A stretch of DNA of 64,000 bases from Narcine bancroftii (Eukaryota): positions 205,840,001 through 205,904,000 of the forward strand of contig NC_091473.1 of the NCBI RefSeq assembly GCF_036971445.1, written 5' to 3'. Of the stretch, positions 26,899 to 40,047 are shown in pieces. Under the pieces are notes generated by a model. That model was not told the DNA's origin, made no database searches, and was given only the letters and a program-made list of their open reading frames with translations. The first letter of the stretch is position 1; each line of letters opens with the position of its first letter. Both the position numbers and the translations under genes were made by a program.

Positions 26899-29800
26899 CC
26901 TCAACTTCCACCACTTAGCGACTGGATATCGAAGAACGAGAAGGTGCACCCCACTGATTTCTGTGGTCTCCGATTTCCTTGCTTGCCGTCATCGGTTTGA
27001 GCGAGTGATGTCCGGATAGGAGATGCTGGAGAACAGGACCTCGGAAAGCTCCGGTAGAGGGAGTGGAACAGTCAGGATAACTTTCGTGCACGAGAACAGG
27101 GTAAAAAGAATTGACTATTAAGTACTACTCGGGCGACCGGGACTCTGTCAGGAGTGAGTTATCTGACAAGGATATGGGTAATAAGAGTATTAAAGAGAAT
27201 AGGGTACTCCAGAGTGGAGATCCTGGAATTGAAATTCCGTCCGGTAGTCCCTTGGGGCCGATGTTAGGAGACTGGGGTCCGTGAAAGACCCAGGGAAAGA
27301 CTAAGGAATCTATGGTAAAGTTTTGAAATTACAAATGGCCTCAGACTCCGATTCTGGGGTCTTCGCTTTGGTGGCCCCGACTGGGGACAAATGAAGATTG
27401 GATATGTCAAAAATGACATTTATTCGTAAATGGAAAAAGCTCTCCGGACCCGGAGAAGTCAGATTATGCAGCGTGCTGGATCGGAGTGACCGAAATGATT
27501 AAGGTCACTGTTGAAACGAGGAGGAAGACGTACCTCCCTGGGATAATTTGAAGCACCTGTCCCCCTCCCCTCTTATGATAGTCAGAGGGGAGCGGAGTAT
27601 CATCAGGATGCTGGTGATATCCCTCCCAGGAATGACCGATTGGAGAGCGAACCCGTTGGAAGGGTAGAGGCCAGTTCCACTGAGTCTGAGGAGGGAAGAC
27701 AGAGGAGCACGGACGGACCAGAAAGACCAGAGGTGACGAGGTGGAAATACTACAGGATTATATAAAATCCTTTCCGTTATGGAGAAAGGAACTGAATGAT
27801 CAAGGCGATTGGCAAATGTTCCTTTGAGGGAGGATCCGATAGGAGAAGGGGTATTGGGATTCGTCAACATTCCTTTACCAGTACAGAAAGGACAAACTTT
27901 AAATAGGAGATGGAAAGTCTCTTAGAATACCCCCTAGGCTTGGCTGCACAGTTTGATGAATTCTTGGAACCTAACGTTTATATCTTGTGTGAAATGCAAT
28001 CAATATTAGGAATGTTATTCACTGCAGAAGAAAGACTAATGGTCCGGCAGGCAAGAATGAGAATTTGGGAGAGAGAGCATCCCGCCAACCCTGAGACCAC
28101 CAGGGAGCTGCCGCAGAAACTGGACTTTCAATTGTTCAGCCATACTGGGCCAAGCAGCAGGGGGAGGGAACGAGGAATATGTGGGATTTAAGAGATCTAA
28201 GTCTAAAAAGGAATTAGAGAAGGCTGGCAGCTGGGGCGGGGAGTATTTGGGATCATGAATTCATTAAAGAACTCATTGAAAAGTGGCGCCTATTAGCACA
28301 ATAAAGTAAAGAGACAGACTTGCAGGTTCCCAAACTAACGCTGTTAAATTGGCAGAAGGGGGACGGTAAACCTATGGATGACCTCCAGAATGAATGTGCA
28401 CATAGAAAGGAGCAGGACAGGAAAAATAAGGAAAGGAAAAAAAAAACAAAGTGTAAGTAGGAGAAGCCTCCTCTACAGGAGATAAACAAAGACTATGTAG
28501 TCAAATAGAAGTCCTAAGTCAAATGGAGGAGGGAGAGACGAGTGTCCCCGAGTACTCATCGGGGATCCCATAACGACCACCACTAGCATATCATCTGCCT
28601 GTATCTAGAACCCAAGCCTGCAATATCCAAAGCATTAATGCTCGAACCCAGAGCCACGATAAATCACTATAACAAAGAAGTGAAGAGTTAAAGAATATCT
28701 GTGTTAAATTCTAAAACCTTTTGTTAAAACCTGTTCGTCTGCATTTGAACAGTTTACAATTAAGCTTTTCTCAGTAATGACAGAGAGAACTCAGCAGAAA
28801 AGCATATAGCAAGGCAAATTGGCAGGAATCCCATAAGAAGAGATAACGCAGCCAGTTTGTACAGAATACTACAGAGCAGAGAATGAAGACAGCCAGGAAT
28901 ACTCTTAAACGGGCCACGCAAGATACCAATTTAAAGTTTAAAGGTGAGCACATACCCATGATAACGATGTGATTCCTTAACTTACTGAGGCAGCAGATAA
29001 AGTCGCTAAAGTATCTAAATGGTTAACAGGATTGGGATCACAAGACGTGTCCTCTTCAACGAGCCTTAGACCTTCCATCCAGGAGATTATACTCCAGACC
29101 AGAGGCACCCCACTTTGCCGTCTCGAAATGAAGTTGATAGAGAAATTGAGCATTGGAAATGTTCCGGTTGTTATTATGTTGATGTACTTGAGTTTTGGGT
29201 AACCCCAGCAGGCAGGGTGTTAGTATTGTTGGAAAGTGGGACATTTCGAACAGGAATTTCCAGAATTAAGGAGGAAAAGGGATGCTATCCCTCTGCTGAC
29301 TTTTAGGGAGGATTATTGTGATCAGGTGTTTCTTCCAGATGGGACCCAACAAAAAGGATGCCGTTTTCCTGGTGGACACAGAGGACACTAGATCATCATT
29401 AAACGTTATACCGGAGGGAATTAGATTCACTTGTCAACAATTAAAGGCATCAAGGGAAAAAGGGGAAGAGTTTTCCGTAACTAATTTGGAGCTCATTATG
29501 ATTGGAACGGATCATGAAGAAGTGATGTGGCAATTATTATGCATTCTGGATATTGGGGGTGACATTCTGGTTACAATTGCATTTAAAAAGAGGGTAAAAT
29601 CTTTGGAATACTTAACAAGTAAGGGAAAAAAGAAAATTATTCCCAAAAGGATTAAGGGAATATTGGTACGGGTTCTCCCGAAAACAATGAAGAGACTGCT
29701 GGCTTATTGTCGACTGTGGATAGATTCAGATGCACAAAAGACTAGAAACTTATTCTTCACCTCTGGAATACTTCACGAAACAATGCAAAAGATAAAAATA

Positions 29801-30364
29801 ACATTGGACTTTCATACCAATGGCATTGCCCCTTCCTCAAGATGGGTAAAACGAATGAATCAGACATTGCCCAAATTGGTGCTAGAAACAAAGTTACCCT
29901 GGACTAAATGCCTACCTATTGCATTCTGCAAATCCCAACAGCACCTCTAAGGAATGTCGGATTGTCCCCTTATGAGTTACTATTCGGACTTCCAATTTTG
30001 GGAAGAGAAGGGGAATTACCTACTGTTGAAGTCACTGACAAATTTCTAAGGAACCATGAATTGTCGCCCGATTCTTCTTTATTTGTTGTTAGGAAAAAGG
30101 TTCTGTTGGCCCAGACACCTCGCTCGACATTGCCATTCAAAAACGACGTGAAAGTAGGCCAAGCTTCATCCAAGTTGGGAGGTCATTGTTAACCTTTCTG
30201 ACCACTGAGACAGTGATAGGAACTGCAGAAGAAGATGGACACATCACACCAGAGTGACATGACCGGTGAGGACCCCGGCTGAGCCGCCAACTTTGCACAT
30301 ACATCCCACCGCAAACCCGCTCAAGATGCAGTTGAAAAGACATTGATGGTTATTCGAATAGAAA

Positions 30365-30672
30365 TAGGCCATGATTTGAGGATAATAGGCAAACCATTTA
30401 GGACCGAGATGAGGAGGAATGTCTTTACCCAGAGGGGGGTGAATCTGTGGAATTCATTGCCACAGAGGACAGTAGAGGCAGGTTCATTAAATATATTTAA
30501 GAGGGAATTAGATATATCTCTTCAGTATAAGGGTATTAATGGTTACGGAGAGAAGGCAGGGACGGGGTACTGAACTTTAAGATCAGCCATGATCTCATTG
30601 AATGGCGGAGCAGGCTCAAAGGGTCGAATGACCTACTCCTGCTCATATCTTCTATGTTTCTATGCTTCTATG
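30365..30672 (+). mobile_element. CR1/HER1-type 3' fragment inserted in ERV2
   Basis: MRRNVFTQRGVNLWNSLP, the 3' UTR GATCAGCCATGATCTCATTGAATGGCGGAGCAGGCTC, and a (TTCTATG)n tail. Confidence 0.85.
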
Positions 30673-33600
30673 TGAAACATAAGTTAAATATCTATGTACA
30701 TCCCTCCTCCTTCGGTAGGAAGAAATATGAGATGGTGATGGATATGCTGAATAGAGTTGTTTAATGGGAACCAGGGTTGGGCTGATTGGATTCATACCAC
30801 ATTAAGGAGAGGAATAGAATCCATCGTAAAGCCCCCAGGGCCAGTAAAATTCACCATTACCATTCCTGAGTGTTTTAAACCGCAGGTGATACGATTCGAT
30901 GCTTGTTATTTAATAATCGAAGAAGGATCAAAGGCTTATCTGAAATCGTACAGATAGTAGAGGTAGAGGACTTTAAACAGATGATTGAGGATTTGACAGG
31001 ATATGGGGATAGAAATGCCTTCGGAGAATGGGTAAAATATACGGTGAAGTGTTTGAACAAGAGCAATTGCTAAACATGCGCTTCTGGATGTTGATAACAC
31101 ACGTGGTTCTACCTCTGTTGGGATGGGGGAAAACAGACAAGAAATGAGGTACATCATGGCTTTGAATCTGGATAGAGAGGCCTGGGGTAACCAGTGCTGT
31201 AAATCTCTGCCTTGATGTTCCCTACTCTGAAGAGGAATGATGTCTGTATTCCGCCAGCATTCTGGGCTGTGTCAGGGAATCACACAGCCTGCATTTCAAG
31301 ACAAGAAAGACAATTCACAAAGGACCAAAGAAAGTTACAACTATGCACAAAAGTACAAGACATGACAGAGGAGAAGGGAGGGAACCACGCAGCCTTGAAT
31401 GTACCTCGAGTGGATCTATGGTGGTTCTGTGGAGGCAGGATTCTTAGACAGATTCTTTCTCCCAACTGGAAGGGCACCTGTGCAGTCATTCAATTAGCCA
31501 TACCCTTCATCACGGCATTTGAATGGGAGAAGGTAATAGGGATAAAGAATAGTAAGAAGGAGTTCCTTGGGACGTTTTTCGATAACAAAATTTATATTGA
31601 TTCAATTGGGGTATCAACGGGAGAACCTAATGAATTTTAGGCACGATATCTGATAGCAGCAGGGTTTGATGCAGTTTAATCAGAAACACATGGTAAATAA
31701 AAAAGGGGGAATTGTGAAATATGGATGAAAATGATTAAACTCGCACCATTCTTTGAAAAGTAATGGAACACAAAGTATGTAGACAAAAGCTTGAGAGTAG
31801 ACAGAACCGGCTTGTGGGCCCCTTCTTATCAGGAGCACCAAGAAGGCAAGGATCTGGTTCAGGCTGGTACAGTGACCTAAGTTAGTTTATAGCTAGTACT
31901 GCGCTTGCTTAATAGAGACATGAATATTAACTTGAACGCCCCAAAGGAGGGAATGAAATAATTAAAATAACATGCGATGTATGAAGAGGGAGGAACTGAT
32001 TGATACCTGGATTGATGGAAGGGAGAAGGAGAATGTTGTAATGTACTGGGATTCTGAATGGACGAAGGTGAATGAAGGTGGGGTGATGTGAGTGCGGGAC
32101 TGTACAAAAGAGTGATGATTCAGACACTCTGGTGTGTATCCAGACCAGAGGCACCGACTCTGCAGACTGGAAATAAAGCTGAACCTGTTCTCCAAGACTG
32201 TCTCCAGAGTAGTGATCGTGAACACTTTATATTTCAAACGAGACACCAATTCGATAGAGAAGTTTAAATTAAAAAAACGTTAGTCCAATTGTTTGCTTCA
32301 TCTTTTAATTCGAAGGCGAAAGGGGTAGCAATATTAATTAAAAATAATTACTGATAATAATTGTAGATAGTATAATGGATCTTGGAAGAAGAAAAATTTT
32401 GATAAATTGTCAAATTTTTTTTGAAATGTGGACACTTATGAGTATTTTATACCAAATGTGAATTATGAAGAATACGTGTTTTATTTTCGGCTCAAGCGCA
32501 GGGAAAGGTTATTTTTGATTGTTGACTTATTGAGTTACTGGATAAATAAGTTAAAACAATAAGGAGAGCTAAAGCGGCTCAGGCTAATTTATGTTTAATG
32601 CAGCAATTACATTTAGATGAAATATGGCGAAAGATGAATCCTAAAGAGAGAGATTATTCTTATTATTCTCATAGACATAATTATATTTGCTAATAATTTT
32701 TTAAATATTAGAACAGTTGCGAGAGAGAACTAATAATTTTGAATATAAAGCTAGAATATTATCTGATCTGTCTCCACTGTTATTGACATGTTCAATTCTT
32801 GAGGGAAAAGGTGTGCTGTATAGATAAAGGTTTAATATTTCATTATTAAAAAGAGTGGATTTTTGTTATTTCATAAGAAAATAAATTTAATTAGTTTTAG
32901 AAATGAATTCTAATTCAGTAAACAATAAATATATTATTTGGCATGCATCCAAAGCGTATTTATGATGTCAAATAATGTTATTCGAATAAAATTAAAAATG
33001 AATAAATAAAAGAACCAAATCAATTAGAACAACTTTGAGGTAGATTTGAAAAGAAATGTACAAAATAATTCGTGTGAAATTAAGAAAAAATAATTAATAA
33101 GTACAAAATCTCCAATATAGTATTATTCATACATTCAGAACTGGAAGATTATATTTTATCACCAGAGATATTACGAATTAGGTAAAAGGGTTCATAAACC
33201 TTAAACATTGCAATAGAGAGCAGATCAGACATCTCGAGTGATTAATGCAGTTAAAAAGTTCCGGACTTATTGCATGTGGACTACAAGAAATACATTATAT
33301 ATTGAAGAAGTTAGATTCTGAATTATAACAATCGGGATAATTGCATGATGAAAATAAAATTAATGGTTTTGTAAAAGAAAAAAAGTTACCTGTTTTAAAT
33401 AATCAAGAAAAAAATGAATTGACTTTAGTATTGAGTTCATTAGAAAATAATAAATCGTCAGGAGAAGAGGGATCTCCCGTAGAATTTCATAACAAATTTA
33501 TGGATCTTTTAATGAGTCAATTTAAGAAGGTGCTAAATCAAGCAATATAGTTGCATTCTCTACCGGAATCTTTTTCAACTGAAATTATGACAGTAACAAC

Positions 33601-34819
33601 AAAGGAAGATAGAGATTTAATGAGACCAATTTCATAATTAAATATTTTATTATAAAATAATAGATAAAATGTTAGGAAATAGATTGGCAAAATATTTATC
33701 GAAGTTAATACACATAGATCAAAATTGATTTGTTAAGGAGCAGAAATCTGCAGATAATTTGTTTGATTATTTTATAAACAAAGATTGATTTTTTTATACC
33801 TTTAGTTTACAGGATGGGAATACTGAGTGTAGCAGTGCTTTTAAATGCTGAGAATGAATTTGATAAATTAGAATGAGATTTGCTCTTTAAAGGTTTGGAG
33901 AAATGTTAATTGGGATCAATGTCTATAGATTAGGCTAAACTGTTATATAATAAACCTTGTCTGAAGGTAGTGACTAATGCTCAAATTACAACATCTTTTG
34001 ATTTAACTCGATCAAGTAGGGAAGTTTGTCCACTGTCACCAGCTTTACTTGTTTTAGCAATAGAATATTAGACTGAATTAATAAGTCAGGATTCCAAGAT
34101 TTTGCGTATTAAGATAGATCAGGATGAACTTTAAAATAAATTTATTTGCAGATGATGTTTTGATTTATTTAACAGATCCTTTAAATTCTTTACAACAACC
34201 TAAATTCAGAATAAAATAAAAGCGAGGAATATCTGGTGATAATATTAATTGAGATAAAAGTGGAATTATGCCTTTAGTTAATGGGATTGTGCAAAATGTA
34301 ACAAACTAATTGAATTTAGATGGTCAGATGTTGGAATAGAATATTTAGGTTTTCGTGCACAACCAGATTTAACAACATTACTTAATTTGTATTATTTGTC
34401 CTTATTAAATAAAATTAAAGAGTATTTGATAAGATGGAATATGTTATCTATTACGTTAAAAGGTAGAGTAAATTGTGTTAAGATGAATGTTTTTCATCGA
34501 ATACAAAAATTATCTTAATCAATTCCAATTGAAATTCCTCAAAACAAATGTAAGGAATTAAATGTCGGTTTTACAATGTTTCCATGGGAAAGAAAAATAG
34601 CAACAGTTTCTTTGTTAAATGTAACATGGAAATATGATTTAGCAGGTTTACAGTTCCCCAATTTTATGAATTATTATAAATATGCCCAGTTGATATTAAA
34701 GAATGCAATGTATGGTTTCAATAAAATTCCAGCATGAGTGAATATAGAAATGAATGACATTGGGGTAATAAATCCTCAAGAATTCATTTATAAATGGAAT
34801 CCAAGATTGTTAATCCTTT

Positions 34820-36925
34820 TCTTTTCTTTTCTTTGGCTTGGTTTCGCGGACAAGGATTTATGGAGGGGTATGTCCACGTCAGCTGTAGGCTTGTAGGTGA
34901 CTGACAAGTCCGATGCAGGTCAGGCAAGCACGGTTGCAGCAGTTACAAGGCAAAATTGGTTGGCTGGGTTGAGTGTTGAGTTTTCCTCCTTTGTCTTTTT
35001 TCAGTGAGGTGGGCTCTGCGGACTTCTTCAAAGGAGTTTGCTGCCCGCCTAATTGTGAGGCACCAAGATGCACGGTTGGAGGCGATATCAGCCCACTGGC
35101 GGTGGTCAATGCGGCAGGCACCAAGATATTTCTTTAAGCAGTCCTTGTACCACTTCTTTGGTCCACCTCTGTCTCGGTGGCCAGTGGAGAGCTCGCCATA
35201 GAACACGATCTTGGGAAGGCGATGGTCCTCCATTCTGGAGACGTGACCCACCCAGTGCAGTTGGGTCTTCGGCAGCATGGATTCGATGCTTGCAGACTCT
35301 GCCAAGCTCGAGTACTTCGATGTTGGTGATGAAGTCATTCCAATCTATGTTGAGGATGGAGCGGAGACAGTGCTGATGGAAGTGTTCCAGGAGCTGTAGG
35401 TGATGCCGGTAGAGGACACATGATTCCGAGCCGAAGAGGAGCGTGGGTATGACAACGGTTCTATACACGCTGAAATTTGTGTGTTGCTTCAGGTGATTGT
35501 TTTTACAGACTCTTGTGTAGTCTTCCAAAGGCGCTATTTGCCTTGGCGAGTCTGTTGTCTATCTCTTTGTCCATCCTAGCATCAGATGAAATGGTGCAGC
35601 CGAGGTAGGTAACCTGGTTGACAGTTTTGAGTTCTTTGTGCCCGATTGAGATGTGGGGGGTTGCTGGTGGTCATGATGGGGTGCTGGCTGATGGAGGACC
35701 TCAGTTTTCTTCAGGCTGACTTCCAGGCCAAATATTTTCGCAGTTTCCACAAGACAGGACGTCATGCGCTGGAGAGCTGGCTCTGAATGTGCAACTAAAG
35801 CGGCATCGTCTGCAAAGAGTAATTCACAGACAGGTTGCTCTTGTGTCTTGGTGTGAGCTTGCAGGTGCCTCAGATTGAAGAGACTGCCATTCGTATGGTA
35901 CCAGATGTAAACACCGTCTTCATTGTTGGGGTCTTTCATGGCTTGTTTCAGCATCATGCTGAAGAAGATAGTAAAGAGGATTGGTGCGAGGACGCAGCCT
36001 TGCTTCACATCGTTGTCAATGGAGAAGGGTTTGGAGAGCTCATTGCTGTATCCGACCCGATCTTGTTGGTTTTCGTGCAGTTGTATAACCATGTTGAGGA
36101 ACTTTGGGGGGAATCCGAGTGCTCTAGTATTTGCCAAAGCCCTTTCATGCTCACAGTGTCAAAGGCTTTGGTGATGTCAACAAAGGTGATGTAGAGTCCT
36201 TTGTTTTCTTCTCTGCACTTTTCTTGGAGCTGTCTGAGGGCAAAGACCATGTCATTAGTTCCTCTTTTTTCGCGAAAGCCACACTGTGAATCTGGGACGA
36301 CATTTTCGGCGACAATAGGTATTAGTCTATTAAGGAGAATCCCAGCAAAATTTTTCCTGCAATGGAGAGCAGCGTGATTCCCTTGTAGTTTGAGCAGTCT
36401 GATCTCTCACCTTTGTTTTTGTACAGGGTGATGATGATGGCATCACGAAGGTCCTGAGGTAGCTTTCATTGGTCCTAGCAGAGCATGAAAAGCTCATGCA
36501 GTTTGGTATGCAGAGCTGTGCCGCCAGCCTTCCAGACCTCTGGGGGGGGGGGAATTCCATCCATACTTGTTGCTTTGCCAATTTCCAGTTGTTAAATCGC
36601 CTTATATGTCTCTTCCCGCGTGAGGACTTCATCCAGCTCTAGCGTCAAGGTTTGTTGAGGAAGCTGGAGCAGGGCGGATTCTTGGACTGAGCGGTTGGCA
36701 CTGAAAAGGGATTGGAAGTGTTCCGACCATCGATTGAGAATGGAGATCTTGTCGCTGAGGAGGACTTCGCCATCTGAGCTGTGCAGAGGACTTTGGACTT
36801 GGGGTGAGGAGTGTCTCATAAAAACCTCTGAAGTCGCCAATGTCGGCGCTAAGCTGGGTTCGTTTGGCGAGGCTAGTCCACCACTCATTTTGGATCTCCC
36901 GGAGTTTGCGCTGAAGGTGGCTGCG
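34820..36925 (-). mobile_element. RTE-clade LINE, 5'-truncated (copy 1)
   Basis: MVFALRQLQEKCRE, KAFDTV, KQGCVLAP, LLFADDAAL, WVGHVSRMEDHRLPK and a C-terminal C-x2-C..H motif. Confidence 0.92.
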
Positions 36926-37309
36926 AATAGAGAAACATCCATCCTGAAATATTGAATTAAGCTTTGGAATAAAGTTCATGAAGAGATTGGAGGAGAAGAG
37001 TTAATTTCAAGAAGAACACTGTTATTTCAGAATAAATTTATTCCACTTCCTATGGGAAAACATTTTTCAAAGATTTGTAAACATTATGGCATTAAGAAAA
37101 TTGAAGGCTTGTTTTGTAGCTGGGATATTTATTACTTTTAGTGGAATGATTGAAAATTGAAGGTATTTCAAAATACTCGATTTTGTTATTATCCAATTAA
37201 AAGATTTTTTTTCTGAAAATGTTGGTCAAGATTCAATATTACAAGCAGAAAGAAGGGCAGAGTTTTGTTATTTCAAGTATTATCATTTTCTCTTACATCT
37301 ATTCTTACA

Positions 37310-37700
37310 CTTTGGTTCTCACCTTCGTATCCAGTTTCAATGCAGGTGTGCCTCTTTAGCAAAACTTCTTGCAAGAATATTTGTGCCCCTCCAGTTCAGA
37401 TTGAAAGTGTACCGTTGGAATAGGTCCCACCTTCCCTGGAAAACAGCACTATTATCAATGTCAAGGAAACCCTCTCTTCTGCAGCTTACCTTCAGTGCTA
37501 TTCTTAAACGCACATCCACGTGGCACTGGTAGCAATCCTAAGATTGCTATCCGATAGGTCCTGTCCTTTAACCTAGCTCCTAACGTCATAACTCACCTTT
37601 CAGAACCTCCACACTCTTCCTGCCCCACATGGACCACGACATCCCTCCCTCCTGAGTATCAGGAAAATTCGATACGATGCAGGCCAATGTGCAGAACCTC
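37310..37700 (-). mobile_element. CR1 ORF1 (esterase-like) fragment
   Basis: CRREGF..D....FQGRWDLF....NLNWRGTNILA. Confidence 0.6.
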
Positions 37701-38253
37701 GTGACGAGCATATCTTCCAATGTGAATATGCATTGTACCTTTAATCCTCTGTATTAGAATACATCTCAGATTCCATTTCTTGACTGTGTACTTTCGGAAT
37801 ACGTGTCACCTCCCAAATATACATCTCATATTCTGAATTAAACCATCTACCTTTCAACTGTCCACCAGCCCAACCGTTCAAGATGAAATATTTGGCAAAT
37901 GTCTTCACAATCTAAAATTCCAGACACTTCAGATTCATTCAGAAATTTCATAATCCCGACACGTACAGTTTCAATTAAATGATTGACGTAGATGATAAAG
38001 AGAAATGGTCCCTGCACATAAGCAAATATACAAACTACGTCACCTCTAAGCTATTACCCAATTACATACTGGAGAAACAGCATTTCACAGAAAGAGAAAA
38101 TTGCTCGGTCATATCAGGGACTGGAACATATTATAAAGAATCACGTCTCTTCCATTAGGTCCGGCGGTAAGCACAGTGTTGAGACACTGATCCTTAGTAA
38201 TAATTTCAATGCTCCACAGTGCTTTTCTCCAAAAACGCCTCCTGTGGGAACCT

Positions 38254-38530
38254 AAGTTTTGTTTCAGTTCCGGATTTGTAAATTTCTGTGCTTTGCTGCA
38301 TGATCGTACGGCGATGCGCCAGTTGAATAATGGAATGTTAGAATGAACTGCAGTTATCCATCAGCAGTTATTGACGAGACTGTTATTTGGTACATTTGGT
38401 GAACTGAAGAATAGTCAAAATATCTTCTTGAGGTATTGAGTAATTGATTTGAAGAGCGATCACGATTCTCTAGTCTGGAGTTATGCTGGTTATCATAAGA
38501 GTTTCAGTTTATTCCTTAAACTTTCTCTGT
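38254..38530 (-). pseudogene. Possible highly degenerate, inverted V remnant with RSS-like end
   Basis: The minus strand reads ..SSITADG*LQFILTFHY.QLAH.AV..HAAK, then CACAGAA + 21 nt + ACAAAACTT. The fit requires frameshifts. Confidence 0.35.
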
Positions 38531-38991
38531 GATCCTTGTATTTGATGTCAAAGTGTTTGTGTGTGTGCCATGACGCCGGGAAGCAGCGGGTCCGAACATC
38601 GACCAAAACCCGAGAGTTCAAGCGAGCAGTCACCAGAAGTGACACTTCCAGGTCTAAAGACTAGTGATCATACGTAGAGCAAGTTTCTTCTGTTTATACC
38701 TGAATGAACATGGAATTTCATCGTTTTTTCACGTCCAATTGGTTTCAAACTTAGGAGAAGATATTCTTTGATTCAACCAATCATATTCTGTAGCTGGTAA
38801 ATGAATGACAATGCAAGAGATATTTTGGAGTATGAAGGATATTGTACCTATTGTGCAATACGGATGAGGTGTTAGTGTTGGATGCTTGAGCCGACTGGAA
38901 TGAAGAAAAGATAAAAGTGGAGTGAATATTCCATCGAGATCTAAACGAGACTGATAGAATCCAGAAATCTTTTTTTTTCAGATTAGATACA

Positions 38992-39037
38992 ATGATTTCC
39001 CTCTTGTCCATTTGGATTATAATGCACGTTTTACGTG
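38992..39037 (+). pseudogene. Orphan TCR V leader exon
   Basis: 46 nt, MISLLSIWIIMHVLR+G, then a GTGAAT donor. The context CAGATTAGATACAATGATTTCCCTC resembles CAGACCAGATACCATGATCTCGCTC of the intact V. No V exon lies at the expected ~85 bp distance. Confidence 0.7.
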
Positions 39038-40047
39038 GTGAATTCATGTTTCGAAGGCATTGTTTGTATTATCTTCCTGAGTGCTCAGAGTTTAAAATTA
39101 ATTATAATACCTTTATTGTCAATCGTATTGTACAATATACAAATGTGCAAATACATATATTCGTATTTGGTGTAATCCAAAGCCTAGCTGATGAGTAAAC
39201 AACAGTATGCATTAAAAATTGTAAATAGATAATAAATACGAAAGATAAGTGAATAATAAATATTCATAATTACCATCGTGCAATAACATAAATGGGTTAC
39301 AATAGTTTCTGAGAAATGTTGTTGACATCTTTGGCGATCATTCAATGAATCAGTTGAAAGCCGAAGCAGGAAAAAGTGTAACATTGTATTGCCATTTTAT
39401 GGTAGATCCAGTATCCGGGAGAATCAACCAAACATTGACTATGGATATTCTGCAGAGCTGTCAGCTGATCTCATAGCCAGGTATGCTTTATATTATCTTC
39501 ATAATTCCTGTCTTCGACTTTGCCACGCATCATTGAAGGTCTTTGAATTGCCTCTATTTTTCATTCCTTTCTTCTATTGTTAGAACCCCGGGCAATGCTC
39601 ATGACAACACTTCGTTTGGCTTACATCAGACAAAAGTTGGAGTATATCACATTTTTACGTGGTAATATGTGAAAGTAAAGGGAACATTTGAAACCAATAC
39701 TGTTGCAGATCAGTCGTGGTTTCGACCAAATTGGAACATCAAGACAGGCCACCGAGAGACCAACACTTGCTTGATAAACAGAAGTACCTGCCTTTCTGCG
39801 GCAAGTTACAATTTCCGTGCACTAATTAGTTGCACATTGCAGATAACAATGAACGTACTATCACTAGCTTTTATCAAGTATATCTGTTCATCAACAAAAA
39901 CTGTTATTCATAGTTTACATATATTTATGCCCCTTCCACAAGATGTCCAGAACTCACTCACTTGCGACATTTCAAGGAAAGCAACAGAATTATTATGAGC
40001 AATTAACTTATTGGCATTCTTATCTGGGTAACTACGTCGTTATATGT

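Larger units (their letters stand above)
26349..32238 (+). mobile_element. Endogenous retrovirus 2 (class I, gamma/epsilon-like), two LTRs, internally deleted
   Basis: 5' LTR 26349-26876 and 3' LTR 31713-32238; PPT AAAAGGGGGA at 31701-10. Gag starts MGNKS at 27174; protease FLVDT; integrase SPYELLFG; env DLWWFCGG..NWKGTCA..YIDSIGV. Flanks are CGAC/CGAG. Confidence 0.9.
24400..37270 (+). mobile_element. Old L1-clade LINE (ORF1 ~24450-25640; ORF2 from 26227), interrupted by ERV2 and an RTE
   Basis: ORF1 motifs ENQSRQNKYKLLGLEDDFEG and KCLRYQDKENIL. Endonuclease LNFLSFHVNG..[ERV]..SSFNSKAKGVAILI; RT CPLSPALLVLAIE and LFADDVLIYL. The ORF2 tail resumes at 36926. Confidence 0.85.

Noticed and set aside
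38172-38221. Two perfect CACAGTG heptamers (also one at 1108) as possible D-segment RSSs
   Set aside because: No nonamer at 12- or 23-nt spacing and no inward-facing RSS pair.
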